Origin: a virus
Lineage: Duplodnaviria > Heunggongvirae > Uroviricota > Caudoviricetes
Direction: 5' to 3' (one strand)
Virus record (IMG/VR): IMGVR_UViG_3300027754_000043
DNA length: 64,000 nt
This document shows, piece by piece, positions 11,491 through 20,893 of this stretch. The first letter of the stretch is position 1. Every line of letters begins with the position of its first letter. The notes beneath the pieces were generated by a model. The model ran no database searches, had not been told where the DNA came from, and worked only from the letters and a program-made list of their open reading frames with translations. Made by a program: the position numbers and the translations under genes.

Positions 11491-11877
11491 TTAATATACT
11501 CCTTTTTTTCTCAATTCATATACTGCATTTTTCGGTAACATTTTGCTAGCAAACATTGTTTTCATTTCTGGCTTAAGTTTGCTGGTAAAGTCGATAAATG
11601 TTTGATGATATAATCCTGAGTGTGCTTTTACTGCATCATACCATGCTGCATAGTTACGATAATCTAAATCAAAACGTTCTTCGTCTGTTTGATTTTCCCA
11701 ATAGTCTAATTGATCTTTCAATGGCCACATATAGATTGGAATGTTCGGATCTTTTCGTCTACCCGGTAATACTGGAAGATGTTTTTGTTGATTTGTGCTT
11801 TTTGTAATAAATTTATCGATCATATTAATAGAACGATCTTTAGGAGATTCTCCTGTGTGTGCTGACTTTTTACCCAT
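11491..11877 (-). CDS. hypothetical protein
   Basis: 128-aa ORF. Confidence 0.45.
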   Translation of the reverse strand: MGKKSAHTGESPKDRSINMIDKFITKSTNQQKHLPVLPGRRKDPNIPIYMWPLKDQLDYWENQTDEERFDLDYRNYAAWYDAVKAHSGLYHQTFIDFTSKLKPEMKTMFASKMLPKNAVYELRKKGVY

Positions 11878-11880
11878 AAC

Positions 11881-12084
11881 TTATTTTAGTTTTTCAGTTA
11901 ATATAACTATTTTTCTCCAAGCATCTTCTGCTTTGTATATATGTATTGCTGCTGCTTCAAATTTTTTAACATTTCTAGCATTTTCTGCTCGTTTTAAATT
12001 TCTGTGAAATGTTGCATGTAATATGCCAATTCTAAAACGATAAAACCATTTAAACATAACTCTTATATTTTGATATTGTAACAA
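11881..12084 (-). CDS. hypothetical protein
   Basis: 67-aa ORF; its 3' end contains a promoter-like motif also found upstream of groL. Confidence 0.3.
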   Translation of the reverse strand: MLQYQNIRVMFKWFYRFRIGILHATFHRNLKRAENARNVKKFEAAAIHIYKAEDAWRKIVILTEKLK

Positions 12085-12364
12085 CTAACCCGTTGTCTTT
12101 TAACTCTTCACATACCTCTTGACACTCTTCGTGCGTATCAACAAATATCGAACATTTGCTACAGTTATGTACCATGGTAGCACATTGTACTGCTTGTAGG
12201 TAGTTATGGTTGCAAATCTCCATTAAATTATCAATAACGTGATCAAACGTATTCACGTTATCATTATGCAGAATTACTTCCCATTTACCACGTTTATTTG
12301 TTGATTGTTTTTTCGACATCTCTGATGATCGCGCATTGTTCATAAAATTCATTTTTTTCGGCAA
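12050..12364 (-). CDS. ClpS-like ATP-dependent Clp protease adaptor
   Basis: Core WEVILHNDNVNTFDHVIDNLMEI...AVQCATMVHN...DTHEECQEVCEELKDNGLVVTISK matches the ClpS fold pattern (v.LhNDdy...fV..vL.....a...m..vH..G.a.v..y..e.AE....). The true start may be an internal Met, given the overlap with the upstream ORF. Confidence 0.55.
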   Translation of the reverse strand: MPKKMNFMNNARSSEMSKKQSTNKRGKWEVILHNDNVNTFDHVIDNLMEICNHNYLQAVQCATMVHNCSKCSIFVDTHEECQEVCEELKDNGLVVTISKYKSYV

Positions 12365-12491
12365 AATCCATGCACTGTTTCAGAAAAATTAGTTTTCTCT
12401 CAGAATCCCAATTAGGAGGCCAAGACCAATCTTCGGTTGCCATGCAATTAATCGACCTGATTAATAACTCGTTTATAAAATTATCTTCCAT
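12294..12491 (-). CDS. hypothetical protein
   Basis: 65-aa ORF overlapping the ClpS-like ORF by about 70 nt in another frame; may or may not be real. Confidence 0.25.
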   Translation of the reverse strand: MEDNFINELLIRSINCMATEDWSWPPNWDSERKLIFLKQCMDFAEKNEFYEQCAIIRDVEKTINK

Positions 12492-12526
12492 AACCTATTA
12501 TATGAATTTTTGATTAATTAACCAAA

Positions 12527-13501
12527 TTATTTAAATTTTATTTTGTCGCCAGGTTTTATACTGTCAGCTTGTAAGTCCTGGTTGAATCCCCTGAGGTCAT
12601 CTAATGTATATCCATTTGCTAATGCTATGGATAAAAACGTTTCTCCGGGTTTCACGGTATGAACTGGACTATTGTTTAGTTTAATTACATCGCTACGTAC
12701 CCAACCAGTATTATCACCTGTAACATATAACCATGTTTTTCCATCTTGACCTTTTTTAGCAGTTGTAACTTTACCAATTGCATTTGGCCAATATACTTTA
12801 GTTTCTAAATTATCAAAGAAACCATTGTCTACATAATCTTCTGATCTAACATTTGTGTAACCATATCCTGGTTTTGGATAAACTATTTTATTAACATACA
12901 CTGATGGATCTAATGGTTTATTAGATACCGGTGTTGTTGTTTGTTGAGTTTTTTTAGTATTACGTTCTTTTGCATACTTATCAAATGCATCTGCATTAGA
13001 TTTCATTCTAGTTACAACACCTCGTAAACTACCCGGATTAGTATAATTAGGATGTTGTAAATACATCGTTGATACGTTGCTCCATTGTCCCTTATTAATT
13101 GCCTCAATTGTATTAGGACCTAAATCGCCGCGATATACTGCATTTAATATTGCTTCTTGTACATATTTTGGATATGCATTAAACTTAGGAACCAATCGCT
13201 TTGCTTTAGATTCGTGTTCTTTAATACCTTTAGTTAACAATTGTTCTGCAGTAGTCGGCGTGATTTTCATTCCTGGTTTTAATGTAGGCAATACTGTAGC
13301 AGTAGTACCATATCCAATTGTTAATGTTCCTTTTAAAGGTGCACCTGGTTTGTGTGGTACTGTTGGATTCTCATCATCATATGCTAAATGATTTCCTCGT
13401 GCATCAATCGGACCTGGTCCTTCCCATGATTTGACCTTTTCACGGAAGTTATCATCTAATGCTAATATAGATTCAGTTATTAAAGATTTTAAACGTATCA
13501 T
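12527..13501 (-). CDS. lysozyme (GH24-like) with a C-terminal LysM domain (endolysin or virion lysin)
   Basis: N-terminal LTIGYGTTATV, a T4-lysozyme-like IGYGH(T) region, and a C-terminal LysM (TVKPGETFLSIALANGYTLDDLRGFN). Confidence 0.6.
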   Translation of the reverse strand: MIRLKSLITESILALDDNFREKVKSWEGPGPIDARGNHLAYDDENPTVPHKPGAPLKGTLTIGYGTTATVLPTLKPGMKITPTTAEQLLTKGIKEHESKAKRLVPKFNAYPKYVQEAILNAVYRGDLGPNTIEAINKGQWSNVSTMYLQHPNYTNPGSLRGVVTRMKSNADAFDKYAKERNTKKTQQTTTPVSNKPLDPSVYVNKIVYPKPGYGYTNVRSEDYVDNGFFDNLETKVYWPNAIGKVTTAKKGQDGKTWLYVTGDNTGWVRSDVIKLNNSPVHTVKPGETFLSIALANGYTLDDLRGFNQDLQADSIKPGDKIKFK

Positions 13502-13833
13502 TTTTTATTTTCTCGTATAATTAATTCACCTAATACTTCTAATCTACCAACTTCTCGTTGAAACTCAATTTGAGTCATTGAAGTTGATATTTTCTTATAA
13601 GTTGCATCAAACTCTTTTTTAGCAGCATCTAAATCAAATTTACCGGCAGCTGCTTTCTTATAATAAGGAAGTTTAACTTTAAAGTGGTGCCATGTTAATA
13701 ATGCTAAGCCACCTTTTTTCTTTGCATTGTCTACAATCTTTTCTGCACCAGCTTCACGCGTATCAGCAAATGATTCGAATGTATCTGGTTTTTTTGTGGT
13801 TGCTTCAAATAGCAGTGACTTTAACTTCATCAT
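13498..13833 (-). CDS. hypothetical protein
   Basis: 111-aa ORF with ATGA coupling to its neighbour. Confidence 0.4.
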   Translation of the reverse strand: MMKLKSLLFEATTKKPDTFESFADTREAGAEKIVDNAKKKGGLALLTWHHFKVKLPYYKKAAAGKFDLDAAKKEFDATYKKISTSMTQIEFQREVGRLEVLGELIIRENKK

Positions 13834-14261
13834 TATCCTTGATTACGTTTGTTTATTTCAATTGCCGCCAATTGTTTCATTGCAGCTTTTTTAGTTGAAT
13901 GTGTTCCTAATACATGATTGCCTTTTTTAGGCTTCACTACCCATTTACCATCTCGATGCTCAATACGTTCTCCCATTACTTGTTTCAAATGGTTTTTGAA
14001 ATCTACTGGTACGAACTGAGGTTGTTGTGAATTGTATGCATCTGTTTTAGTACCCGTTCCAGATAAGAAATGATATACTTCTTCAACATCATCAGCTGAT
14101 GTGGATATATGATCTACTGCCCATGCATGACCGTTGCTTAACAATGAATCCACTTTTTGTGGATCCATATTAAGTAATTCTCCAATTGCATGATGTATTG
14201 TTTTTAAATTCTGAAAGAACATGTAATTTTCATTTTCATGTTCACATCCGCAATCTTCCAT
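13833..14261 (-). CDS. hypothetical protein
   Basis: 142-aa ORF. Confidence 0.4.
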   Translation of the reverse strand: MEDCGCEHENENYMFFQNLKTIHHAIGELLNMDPQKVDSLLSNGHAWAVDHISTSADDVEEVYHFLSGTGTKTDAYNSQQPQFVPVDFKNHLKQVMGERIEHRDGKWVVKPKKGNHVLGTHSTKKAAMKQLAAIEINKRNQG

Positions 14262-14262
14262 A

Positions 14263-14433
14263 CTAAGCCCTTTTTGCTATGATAGACCAAATAGCACCTG
14301 TTAATGTAATAACACTACCAACGATCACATCGATGGTTGCTTGATCTACTAATCCGTTTGATAATACAATACCACCAACAAATGTCAATGTGTGACGGAT
14401 TAATCCTAATGTTTGTTCTTTTGTAAATTTCAT
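14263..14433 (-). CDS. small membrane protein (56 aa, two predicted TM helices, holin-like)
   Basis: Translated by hand as MKFTKEQTLGLIRHTLTFVGGIVLSNGLVDQATIDVIVGSVITLTGAIWSIIAKRA. It has two hydrophobic segments and fills an otherwise unexplained 195-nt gap. It is missing from the ORF track because it is shorter than 60 aa. Confidence 0.35.
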   Translation of the reverse strand: MKFTKEQTLGLIRHTLTFVGGIVLSNGLVDQATIDVIVGSVITLTGAIWSIIAKRA

Positions 14434-14456
14434 TATATTTCCTTTTTATATAAATA

Positions 14457-15257
14457 TTATACCACGTTAGATGCTACCCCCGTTGTGAAATAAGTAACAG
14501 ATGTCCATTTTATAGGAAACCCGCCAGCATTAGGATATCCTGTAGCTTTTAAATTTAACTGAGTTTGATTTCCGACTACATCAATCATATATGTAAATTC
14601 TGGCAACGTGCCTGTAAAATCTGTATTTTTTACTTGAGTTATAGAACCTATAATTGTAACAGATGCATCTGCTTGATTATATTTAACTGTCGCATTTAAA
14701 GTACCACCAATTACTTTTGCTGTTCCTATATCATCCCCATATGTCCCGACTATATCAGTTCGTAGGTTATAACAAAATAAATTTACGCCTGTTAAGGTAT
14801 TTGAAACTGAGTTTATTAAAGCTAAACTACTAGTAGCAGATCCAGTAAACGAACCTGTTGCATAAAATACTTGTGTACCATATGTCGTATTAGCAATATA
14901 TCCATTGCTTTCTAAAAAATTTGTTTTAGATGAATATGATGCAGTTTGAGCAGTAACTATATATGATGCTGTTGTGGCAAATGATGCAGTAACAGCTCTA
15001 GATGCGGTACTAGCATATGATGCTGATTGTATAGTTCCTGTTAAAAATGATGCTGTTAATGCGTATGAAGCAGATGTAGCACTAGAAGCAGTTACATTGG
15101 TTAATCCATTGCCATTGCCGATGAATGATCCAGTAAACGAACCGGTTGCATATATGTCTGCAGATCCTGTACCATCTAATGCTTCTATAATTCTAGTTAT
15201 ATGCGAAACATCGATAGTGCCACCATTTGAAATTCCTGTTTTACTTATTCTTGCCAT
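14457..15257 (-). CDS. Ser/Thr/Ala-rich repeat protein (fibre-like virion protein candidate)
   Basis: Tandem TASY/SASY/TGSFTGS-type short repeats and low-complexity Ser/Thr composition, typical of fibres or decoration proteins. Confidence 0.4.
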   Translation of the reverse strand: MARISKTGISNGGTIDVSHITRIIEALDGTGSADIYATGSFTGSFIGNGNGLTNVTASSATSASYALTASFLTGTIQSASYASTASRAVTASFATTASYIVTAQTASYSSKTNFLESNGYIANTTYGTQVFYATGSFTGSATSSLALINSVSNTLTGVNLFCYNLRTDIVGTYGDDIGTAKVIGGTLNATVKYNQADASVTIIGSITQVKNTDFTGTLPEFTYMIDVVGNQTQLNLKATGYPNAGGFPIKWTSVTYFTTGVASNVV

Positions 15258-15442
15258 TATTTTTTATCCTTGTTTCTATTTTTATATGGCCACATATTTG
15301 CCGTTTTATCATTTAACCATTCCGCTCTATCATCACAACCACAATCTTCATCTAATATTTTAGCAATTGCTTTTGCTAATTGATCTAACCCAGTAGCTGC
15401 AGTTATTTTTTTAACATCATCGCCTAATCCTTTACTTTGCAT
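15257..15442 (-). CDS. hypothetical protein
   Basis: 61-aa ORF. Confidence 0.3.
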   Translation of the reverse strand: MQSKGLGDDVKKITAATGLDQLAKAIAKILDEDCGCDDRAEWLNDKTANMWPYKNRNKDKK

Positions 15443-16505
15443 ATCTACTCCCGTTTTTTAAAGCATTTTGTAATTGCATTATTATTGTTTGATATTGAGC
15501 TGTATGTGGTATTTCAAATACATTGCGGCCTGGATATTGATAATGTTCGTCTGGCTTCATCATTTGACAATGTCCCGTATCATCAATTCCTAATACATCA
15601 TGTGGAACATTTTGCATTGTAATACGGCCATCTGTAGTTGGTATCATTGTGCATTTACCCGGATGATTCCATTGTCCCATCGGGTCAACTACTCCACCCG
15701 TTTTCATTATAACTGCACTCCAACCGGTTGAGTTTAAAAGACTTTGTTTTGTGATATGAGGTATTAAACGATTAAGAACATCTTCCATTACACTATCTTC
15801 TTGTTCATTTAATACTTGTTCTAATGCAAGTTTACCCAAAGATACCTTTTTTTGTAATTGTTTTAAACGTTCGATATATCCTCTATTACGAAGATGTTTA
15901 AATGCCATATTTTCCACTGAATACTCGCCTTCGGCATCTAAACCTGTTTGACGAAGTCTTTGCAAACGCATTAATATGTTTTTTAGTTTAAATTCAATTT
16001 GAGGATCTGATTCTTTGAGTGAATCAATTTCATATTCATATGGATCTGCTTTTTGTTCTATTGCATCATCATCAATTGATATTGTTTCAGCAGATGGTTT
16101 GTTTATCCATTTACCATGTAATACTGAATAAATACCAACCGTAGAATTCAATACATCATTAGAATCCTGTGCATATAATTCTACAGGCAATCCTTTATAA
16201 GTTAATGGATAATTAACATTCCATATACTCTTTTTTGCATGCATGTAATTTTGAACTAACAACATGTTATCATTGATAGCAGAATAATTAATTACAACAT
16301 GCAAATCAATATCACTGTGTTCCGTCCAATTGTAATTAGCACTACTACCTATTATAATAACATCTAAAATATCAGTGTCTACTTCTAAAAAATCATAAAA
16401 TTCTTTTGCGATTTTCATAAACCCAACTCGTAATTTTGGTTGTAATTGATCGCCATCCCATAATTTAGGATTCAGTGTGCTATGTGTTTGATATTCTTGG
16501 ATCAT
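15432..16505 (-). CDS. Pol-beta-superfamily nucleotidyltransferase-domain protein
   Basis: N-terminal IIIGSSANYNWTEHSDIDLHVV fits the GS-x(9-13)-DxD minimal nucleotidyltransferase motif. The C-terminal 150 aa are unrecognised. Confidence 0.4.
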   Translation of the reverse strand: MIQEYQTHSTLNPKLWDGDQLQPKLRVGFMKIAKEFYDFLEVDTDILDVIIIGSSANYNWTEHSDIDLHVVINYSAINDNMLLVQNYMHAKKSIWNVNYPLTYKGLPVELYAQDSNDVLNSTVGIYSVLHGKWINKPSAETISIDDDAIEQKADPYEYEIDSLKESDPQIEFKLKNILMRLQRLRQTGLDAEGEYSVENMAFKHLRNRGYIERLKQLQKKVSLGKLALEQVLNEQEDSVMEDVLNRLIPHITKQSLLNSTGWSAVIMKTGGVVDPMGQWNHPGKCTMIPTTDGRITMQNVPHDVLGIDDTGHCQMMKPDEHYQYPGRNVFEIPHTAQYQTIIMQLQNALKNGSRYAK

Positions 16506-16535
16506 CAGTATTTACTATTTTATTAATAAATATGA

Positions 16536-16883
16536 TTATTTCCAAAAGAGCTGAACTAATAATAAAGAAAGAGCTAAACATAATGATATTGCCGTTTTCA
16601 TTGTTATTGCCTCATTTCTAAAAAAATAAGTCATACATGTAAATATGAATATACCAGCAGTGAATGATAAAAATCTACCTGGCCAGAATTGTCCTCCAAA
16701 ACCCATAACAGCATATTTAGTTGCTTCCATAAACAACCAGGTGATAGGAACTCCTAACAACATCAACACAAAACGATATTGCTTAGCCCATTCCCACAAC
16801 AAAGGCCCATTTACCTGGGCCCATACTGCTATTTGTCCTATCAAAAATAAACTTAATGATAAGAATATGTATTTATAATTCAT
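16536..16883 (-). CDS. multi-pass membrane protein (holin candidate)
   Basis: 115 aa with 3-4 hydrophobic helices, immediately upstream of the amidase and abutting it. Confidence 0.45.
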   Translation of the reverse strand: MNYKYIFLSLSLFLIGQIAVWAQVNGPLLWEWAKQYRFVLMLLGVPITWLFMEATKYAVMGFGGQFWPGRFLSFTAGIFIFTCMTYFFRNEAITMKTAISLCLALSLLLVQLFWK

Positions 16884-17557
16884 TACAATGTTTTTAACAT
16901 TTCAATCATTCGAGGACATGGATATATATCTACTTTGTCTTTTCTATAACTGTTATGTGTATATAAACCATTTTCACCACGCAATGCTTTAGTGTTTACT
17001 GAAAAACATTGATCATAATTAAATGTTAAATCGATTGCATATTGATCACGCCAATATGTTATTAATTGTCTTACTGATTCAATTTGTGCATCTGAATAAC
17101 GGTGGTAATATGTATACCCTTTATATGGTGCATCTAATTTAGTAACTTGGTCTGCAGGTACTTCTCGATCAACATAATTATAATACTTACCGTTTTTTAA
17201 TTCTAATTGACCCCAGTTACATATTTCAATACCAATTGAATGTTTATCTAATTCAACATATGGTACTTTATATGCACGGAATACTTCTTGTTTAACACCT
17301 AAATGATATGCCCAAAATTTAGATGAAAATGCTTGGCAAATTTCTCCATCAGCTGATTGTTTATTACCTGGGCCGCTAATTGCTACACACGTTGCAATGC
17401 GACCTCTATCATCTGTATTCCAATTGCTAATTGTATTAATACCAGATGAATTACCAGCTGTATGATGCAATACAATTTGTTTCTTTTCAGCTTCTGCTTT
17501 ATAATACTGTGTTTCCTTTAATGGAACTTGTTTAATTTTACTTGTGTCTAAACTCAT
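16883..17557 (-). CDS. N-acetylmuramoyl-L-alanine amidase (amidase_2/PGRP family) endolysin
   Basis: VLHHTAGNSS, CVAISGPG and HSIGIEICNWG motifs characteristic of T7-lysozyme-like zinc amidases. Confidence 0.7.
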   Translation of the reverse strand: MSLDTSKIKQVPLKETQYYKAEAEKKQIVLHHTAGNSSGINTISNWNTDDRGRIATCVAISGPGNKQSADGEICQAFSSKFWAYHLGVKQEVFRAYKVPYVELDKHSIGIEICNWGQLELKNGKYYNYVDREVPADQVTKLDAPYKGYTYYHRYSDAQIESVRQLITYWRDQYAIDLTFNYDQCFSVNTKALRGENGLYTHNSYRKDKVDIYPCPRMIEMLKTL

Positions 17558-17567
17558 TGGTTTCCTA

Positions 17568-17834
17568 TTATATTATTGGTTCTTCGTCTTTAGCCGTAGG
17601 CTTGTTAGTCGCTTTGTGTTTTGAAAATTTCTCTGCAGTGCTACCTGTCATGGCAGAAATTATAATAACCTCTACTACATTTAATAATCCAGGTGCTGGT
17701 GCAACTGCTCTCGAAAAACATGTTAATATCATCATTATCAATACAGTTAAAAATCCAGTAAATGTGATAACACGTTTAGATGAAATTTCACCGCTATGAC
17801 AATCAGTTAACATACTTTTAACAAATCGTTTCAT
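17568..17834 (-). CDS. small membrane protein (holin/spanin-like)
   Basis: 88 aa with two hydrophobic helices, directly downstream of the amidase. Confidence 0.4.
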   Translation of the reverse strand: MKRFVKSMLTDCHSGEISSKRVITFTGFLTVLIMMILTCFSRAVAPAPGLLNVVEVIIISAMTGSTAEKFSKHKATNKPTAKDEEPII

Positions 17835-17859
17835 ACTTATCCTTTATAGATAAATATAA

Positions 17860-18648
17860 TTAAATATACTTTAAATTAGTATCAGGGTCATGTTTTATAT
17901 AACTACCCCATTTATAATTTGCGTAAGTGTGACCATTAATCTCTGATTGTTGTCTCAATTCGCCATTTGTTGATGCTGATGCAAAGTGATAAAAATGCAA
18001 ATTCCAATTACGAATCATTTTTAAATCACTTAATTGACATTTCAAAAAGAAATCCCAATCTGCTACCATTCCATTTTCATAATTTTCATCCCAACCACCA
18101 ATTCTCAAATAATCGATCTTTGACATAAAGATTGGTAATGTAGAACCACATTCTTCTTGTTTATCGCCAGATGCATAATGATAATCAAACAACCAAAAAC
18201 GTTCTAAATCAAATGACTCAACGTCTCGACCTAAATCTTCTATAATGAACTGTTTAAACATACTCGGTGTCGGTTCAACTTGGTTTGGTGATATTACACA
18301 ACCAGGTTCCCATACATCTTCCAATGTAGTATCCCAAAACCTAGGAAATACATTATCATCATTAACTATTAATATTTTATTATATCTCGCATTGTATACA
18401 CCTAGGTTAGTCCCCCTACAAAGCCCTTGATTGGATTCGAGTGTCAATATATCAATTGAATCCTTCCACCGTTCTAATACCTCTTTATTTAAGTCATAGA
18501 ACCCATCAACAACTACAATTATTTGATTTTTGTTTTGTTGCCCCTCAATTGCAGATCTTAAACATAAATCTAATAGAGCTGGACTTTTGTATGTAGGTAT
18601 AATTACTGATATCATATGTTTGACCAATTTGTTAATGGAGCTAACCAA
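17860..18648 (-). CDS. glycosyltransferase family 2
   Basis: N-terminal ISVIIPTYKSP...IIVVVDG GT-A signature. Confidence 0.65.
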   Translation of the reverse strand: MVSSINKLVKHMISVIIPTYKSPALLDLCLRSAIEGQQNKNQIIVVVDGFYDLNKEVLERWKDSIDILTLESNQGLCRGTNLGVYNARYNKILIVNDDNVFPRFWDTTLEDVWEPGCVISPNQVEPTPSMFKQFIIEDLGRDVESFDLERFWLFDYHYASGDKQEECGSTLPIFMSKIDYLRIGGWDENYENGMVADWDFFLKCQLSDLKMIRNWNLHFYHFASASTNGELRQQSEINGHTYANYKWGSYIKHDPDTNLKYI

Positions 18649-19334
18649 GCAGTTTCACCGTGTGTTGAATAGCCTGGAATTGATGTAATTAATAATTCAT
18701 TTTGTTCGCGTAATTCTAAGAACATTTTAAAATCATCTGGGTATGAACCTGTAGTCCATTTCCTCAATGTTGGTTCGACTCTTCGCAGTGTTGATACTTT
18801 GCTAGCAAATGTCATTGTGGTTGAATTGGTAATTTTCCAATGAGATGATTTAGATAGATAAACTCGCGTATCCTCAGCACCACCTTCACAATACGGATTA
18901 CCACCGCGAAGTGGATCTAAATATTTATCCGGGTGATCATACAATGAAACAAATGAAGCTCCTAAATCAAATCCTTCTTGTATGATTTTATCGGCGTATA
19001 GTTTATGTAAATAATCATTTTCTACAAAATAAACAATGTCATCATCATTACCCTTTAAAGCCATATCCAATGCTAAGTTAAAAGTACCAGCACCATGTCC
19101 TACCGAAACTTTATGTATATTAATAGGATCGATATATTTGTTAATCATATCAATTGTAGCATTACTACAATTATCTGCAATAATTAATATGTCATGTATA
19201 TGATTGAAAAATACATTGCAAAAATTCTTTAAACAAGTTTCATTGTTAATATAATCTGGTTTTACTTTATTGTAACCAACATCTGAGATTCTATAAATTA
19301 TTTTCATACTTATATTATAAGGAATTAAATTCAA
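18612..19334 (-). CDS. hypothetical protein in the glycan cluster
   Basis: 240-aa ORF embedded between GT genes; no clear motif. Confidence 0.35.
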   Translation of the reverse strand: MNLIPYNISMKIIYRISDVGYNKVKPDYINNETCLKNFCNVFFNHIHDILIIADNCSNATIDMINKYIDPINIHKVSVGHGAGTFNLALDMALKGNDDDIVYFVENDYLHKLYADKIIQEGFDLGASFVSLYDHPDKYLDPLRGGNPYCEGGAEDTRVYLSKSSHWKITNSTTMTFASKVSTLRRVEPTLRKWTTGSYPDDFKMFLELREQNELLITSIPGYSTHGETAWLAPLTNWSNI

Positions 19335-20016
19335 TTATACTAGGAAATTGCATACAATTATATTGTTTTTTTAATCTGTCAGAAATATATAATTCTGGAT
19401 TATTTGTATACAGTGTATCTCCATGTGCATCTATCGAGGTATAATTAGTCCACTTGTTTACTACATACTCAATATTAAGATCCCGGATATCAGGAATAGA
19501 ATCTCCTCCAGTTTCTGATTTATTATAATCAGCACTTATATTCAATGATGATACAGATACGCCATGCAAATTGCAACGATATTTATAATCATTATCTTCA
19601 CCAGCTGCCATAATTACATTTTCATCAAACATACCAACTTTTTTATAAGTATCCCGATGAATACAGAACAACGAAAACTCAAAAGCTCTATCATATGTCC
19701 CTGCAATATTTGTTGGTGTACATAATTGTGTAAGTGCTGCAAGATACTCCTCAGAATATAAATTATCTTCATTGCTAATAATAACTTTTTCGTATCCTAA
19801 TTTATCGAATGCAATTTGACAAATTAAATTCCACCCACCTGCACAACCTAAATTTCTAGAAGTTACATGATGTACATATGGAAGTAATATATCACTATAT
19901 TGTTGTTGACCATTATCAATGATTCGGATTGCAGTGTTAGGGAATCGTTCGGCATCAAACCATGCATCTAAGAACTTAGATGACCCATATCCTAGTATGA
20001 ATAAATTATAGCTCAT
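19315..20016 (-). CDS. GT-A-like glycosyltransferase (putative)
   Basis: N-terminal Rossmann-like start plus an acidic GEDND (DxD-like) motif; weak. Confidence 0.35.
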   Translation of the reverse strand: MSYNLFILGYGSSKFLDAWFDAERFPNTAIRIIDNGQQQYSDILLPYVHHVTSRNLGCAGGWNLICQIAFDKLGYEKVIISNEDNLYSEEYLAALTQLCTPTNIAGTYDRAFEFSLFCIHRDTYKKVGMFDENVIMAAGEDNDYKYRCNLHGVSVSSLNISADYNKSETGGDSIPDIRDLNIEYVVNKWTNYTSIDAHGDTLYTNNPELYISDRLKKQYNCMQFPSIIEFNSL

Positions 20017-20893
20017 TTTTAATTGTATTTAGTATTTCTTCGTCAGTAATAAACGGGTTTAGGTTAATATGCTTACCCGCCGGAAACATATTTGCTGGAC
20101 CTAGTTTAACTTCATTAAATCGTTTCATTACACCATATGGTCCATATAATGCATTCATAAAATCGGTAGTAATTATACATTTAGTACCTACCCCAGCTGC
20201 TAAGTTAGTCATACCACCTTCTTGACCTATCACTAAATCACAGCACTTTATAATAGATGCTGTGTTTGTATAAGTTGATGTAGAATCTAATGATGTATGA
20301 TATTGTGTTACTGTATGATCATATCCCAATGGAATTAAAATACAATTAGATAATTCATTTAAAATATATGAAATATTTCGTCTATTTGTATTAGTATGTG
20401 ACATTATTTGATTAACATTGTTTAATCCAGCTTTATATTCATCTTCTGTATACACAGCTGTTAATGTTTCCCAATTTGCTACATATCCAATTACTTTTGC
20501 ATTAGTCCTATTTAATAAGTCTAATTCATATTTAGTTGACTCATTTAAAGCTGAATCTGTATAAATTGTGTATTCAGGTGTTGGGTTTGTTATCTGACAA
20601 TGTTGTTGATACCATATGGTCGGTTGTATGTCTTGTTTACATTCCGGTAACTCATATATTAAATCATACACAGATTCATCGACATTATCTGGTAATAATA
20701 CTATAGGTCCTTTTTGTTTTGATAAGAATACATTTGAAATATATGGATTATTTTTCAACAATGCATATGGTTGCGGAAATCCTATACAATAATCAACTTG
20801 GCACGTGCCATATTGCTCATGCATCTTTTTTGCAATTGATGATGCAAATAAAATATCACCAATAAATCCGTATGTTTTAATTAATATTTTCAT
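20006..20893 (-). CDS. GT9-like (heptosyltransferase-like) glycosyltransferase, putative
   Basis: The N-terminus MKILIKTYGFIGDILF resembles the GT9 LSALGD start; weak. Confidence 0.3.
   Translation of the reverse strand: MKILIKTYGFIGDILFASSIAKKMHEQYGTCQVDYCIGFPQPYALLKNNPYISNVFLSKQKGPIVLLPDNVDESVYDLIYELPECKQDIQPTIWYQQHCQITNPTPEYTIYTDSALNESTKYELDLLNRTNAKVIGYVANWETLTAVYTEDEYKAGLNNVNQIMSHTNTNRRNISYILNELSNCILIPLGYDHTVTQYHTSLDSTSTYTNTASIIKCCDLVIGQEGGMTNLAAGVGTKCIITTDFMNALYGPYGVMKRFNEVKLGPANMFPAGKHINLNPFITDEEILNTIKNEL

Noticed and set aside
14974-15363. Plus-strand 129-aa ORF
   Set aside because: Antisense to the Ser/Thr-repeat fibre-like gene. Its Ala/Val/Asp repeats simply mirror the sense-strand repeat.
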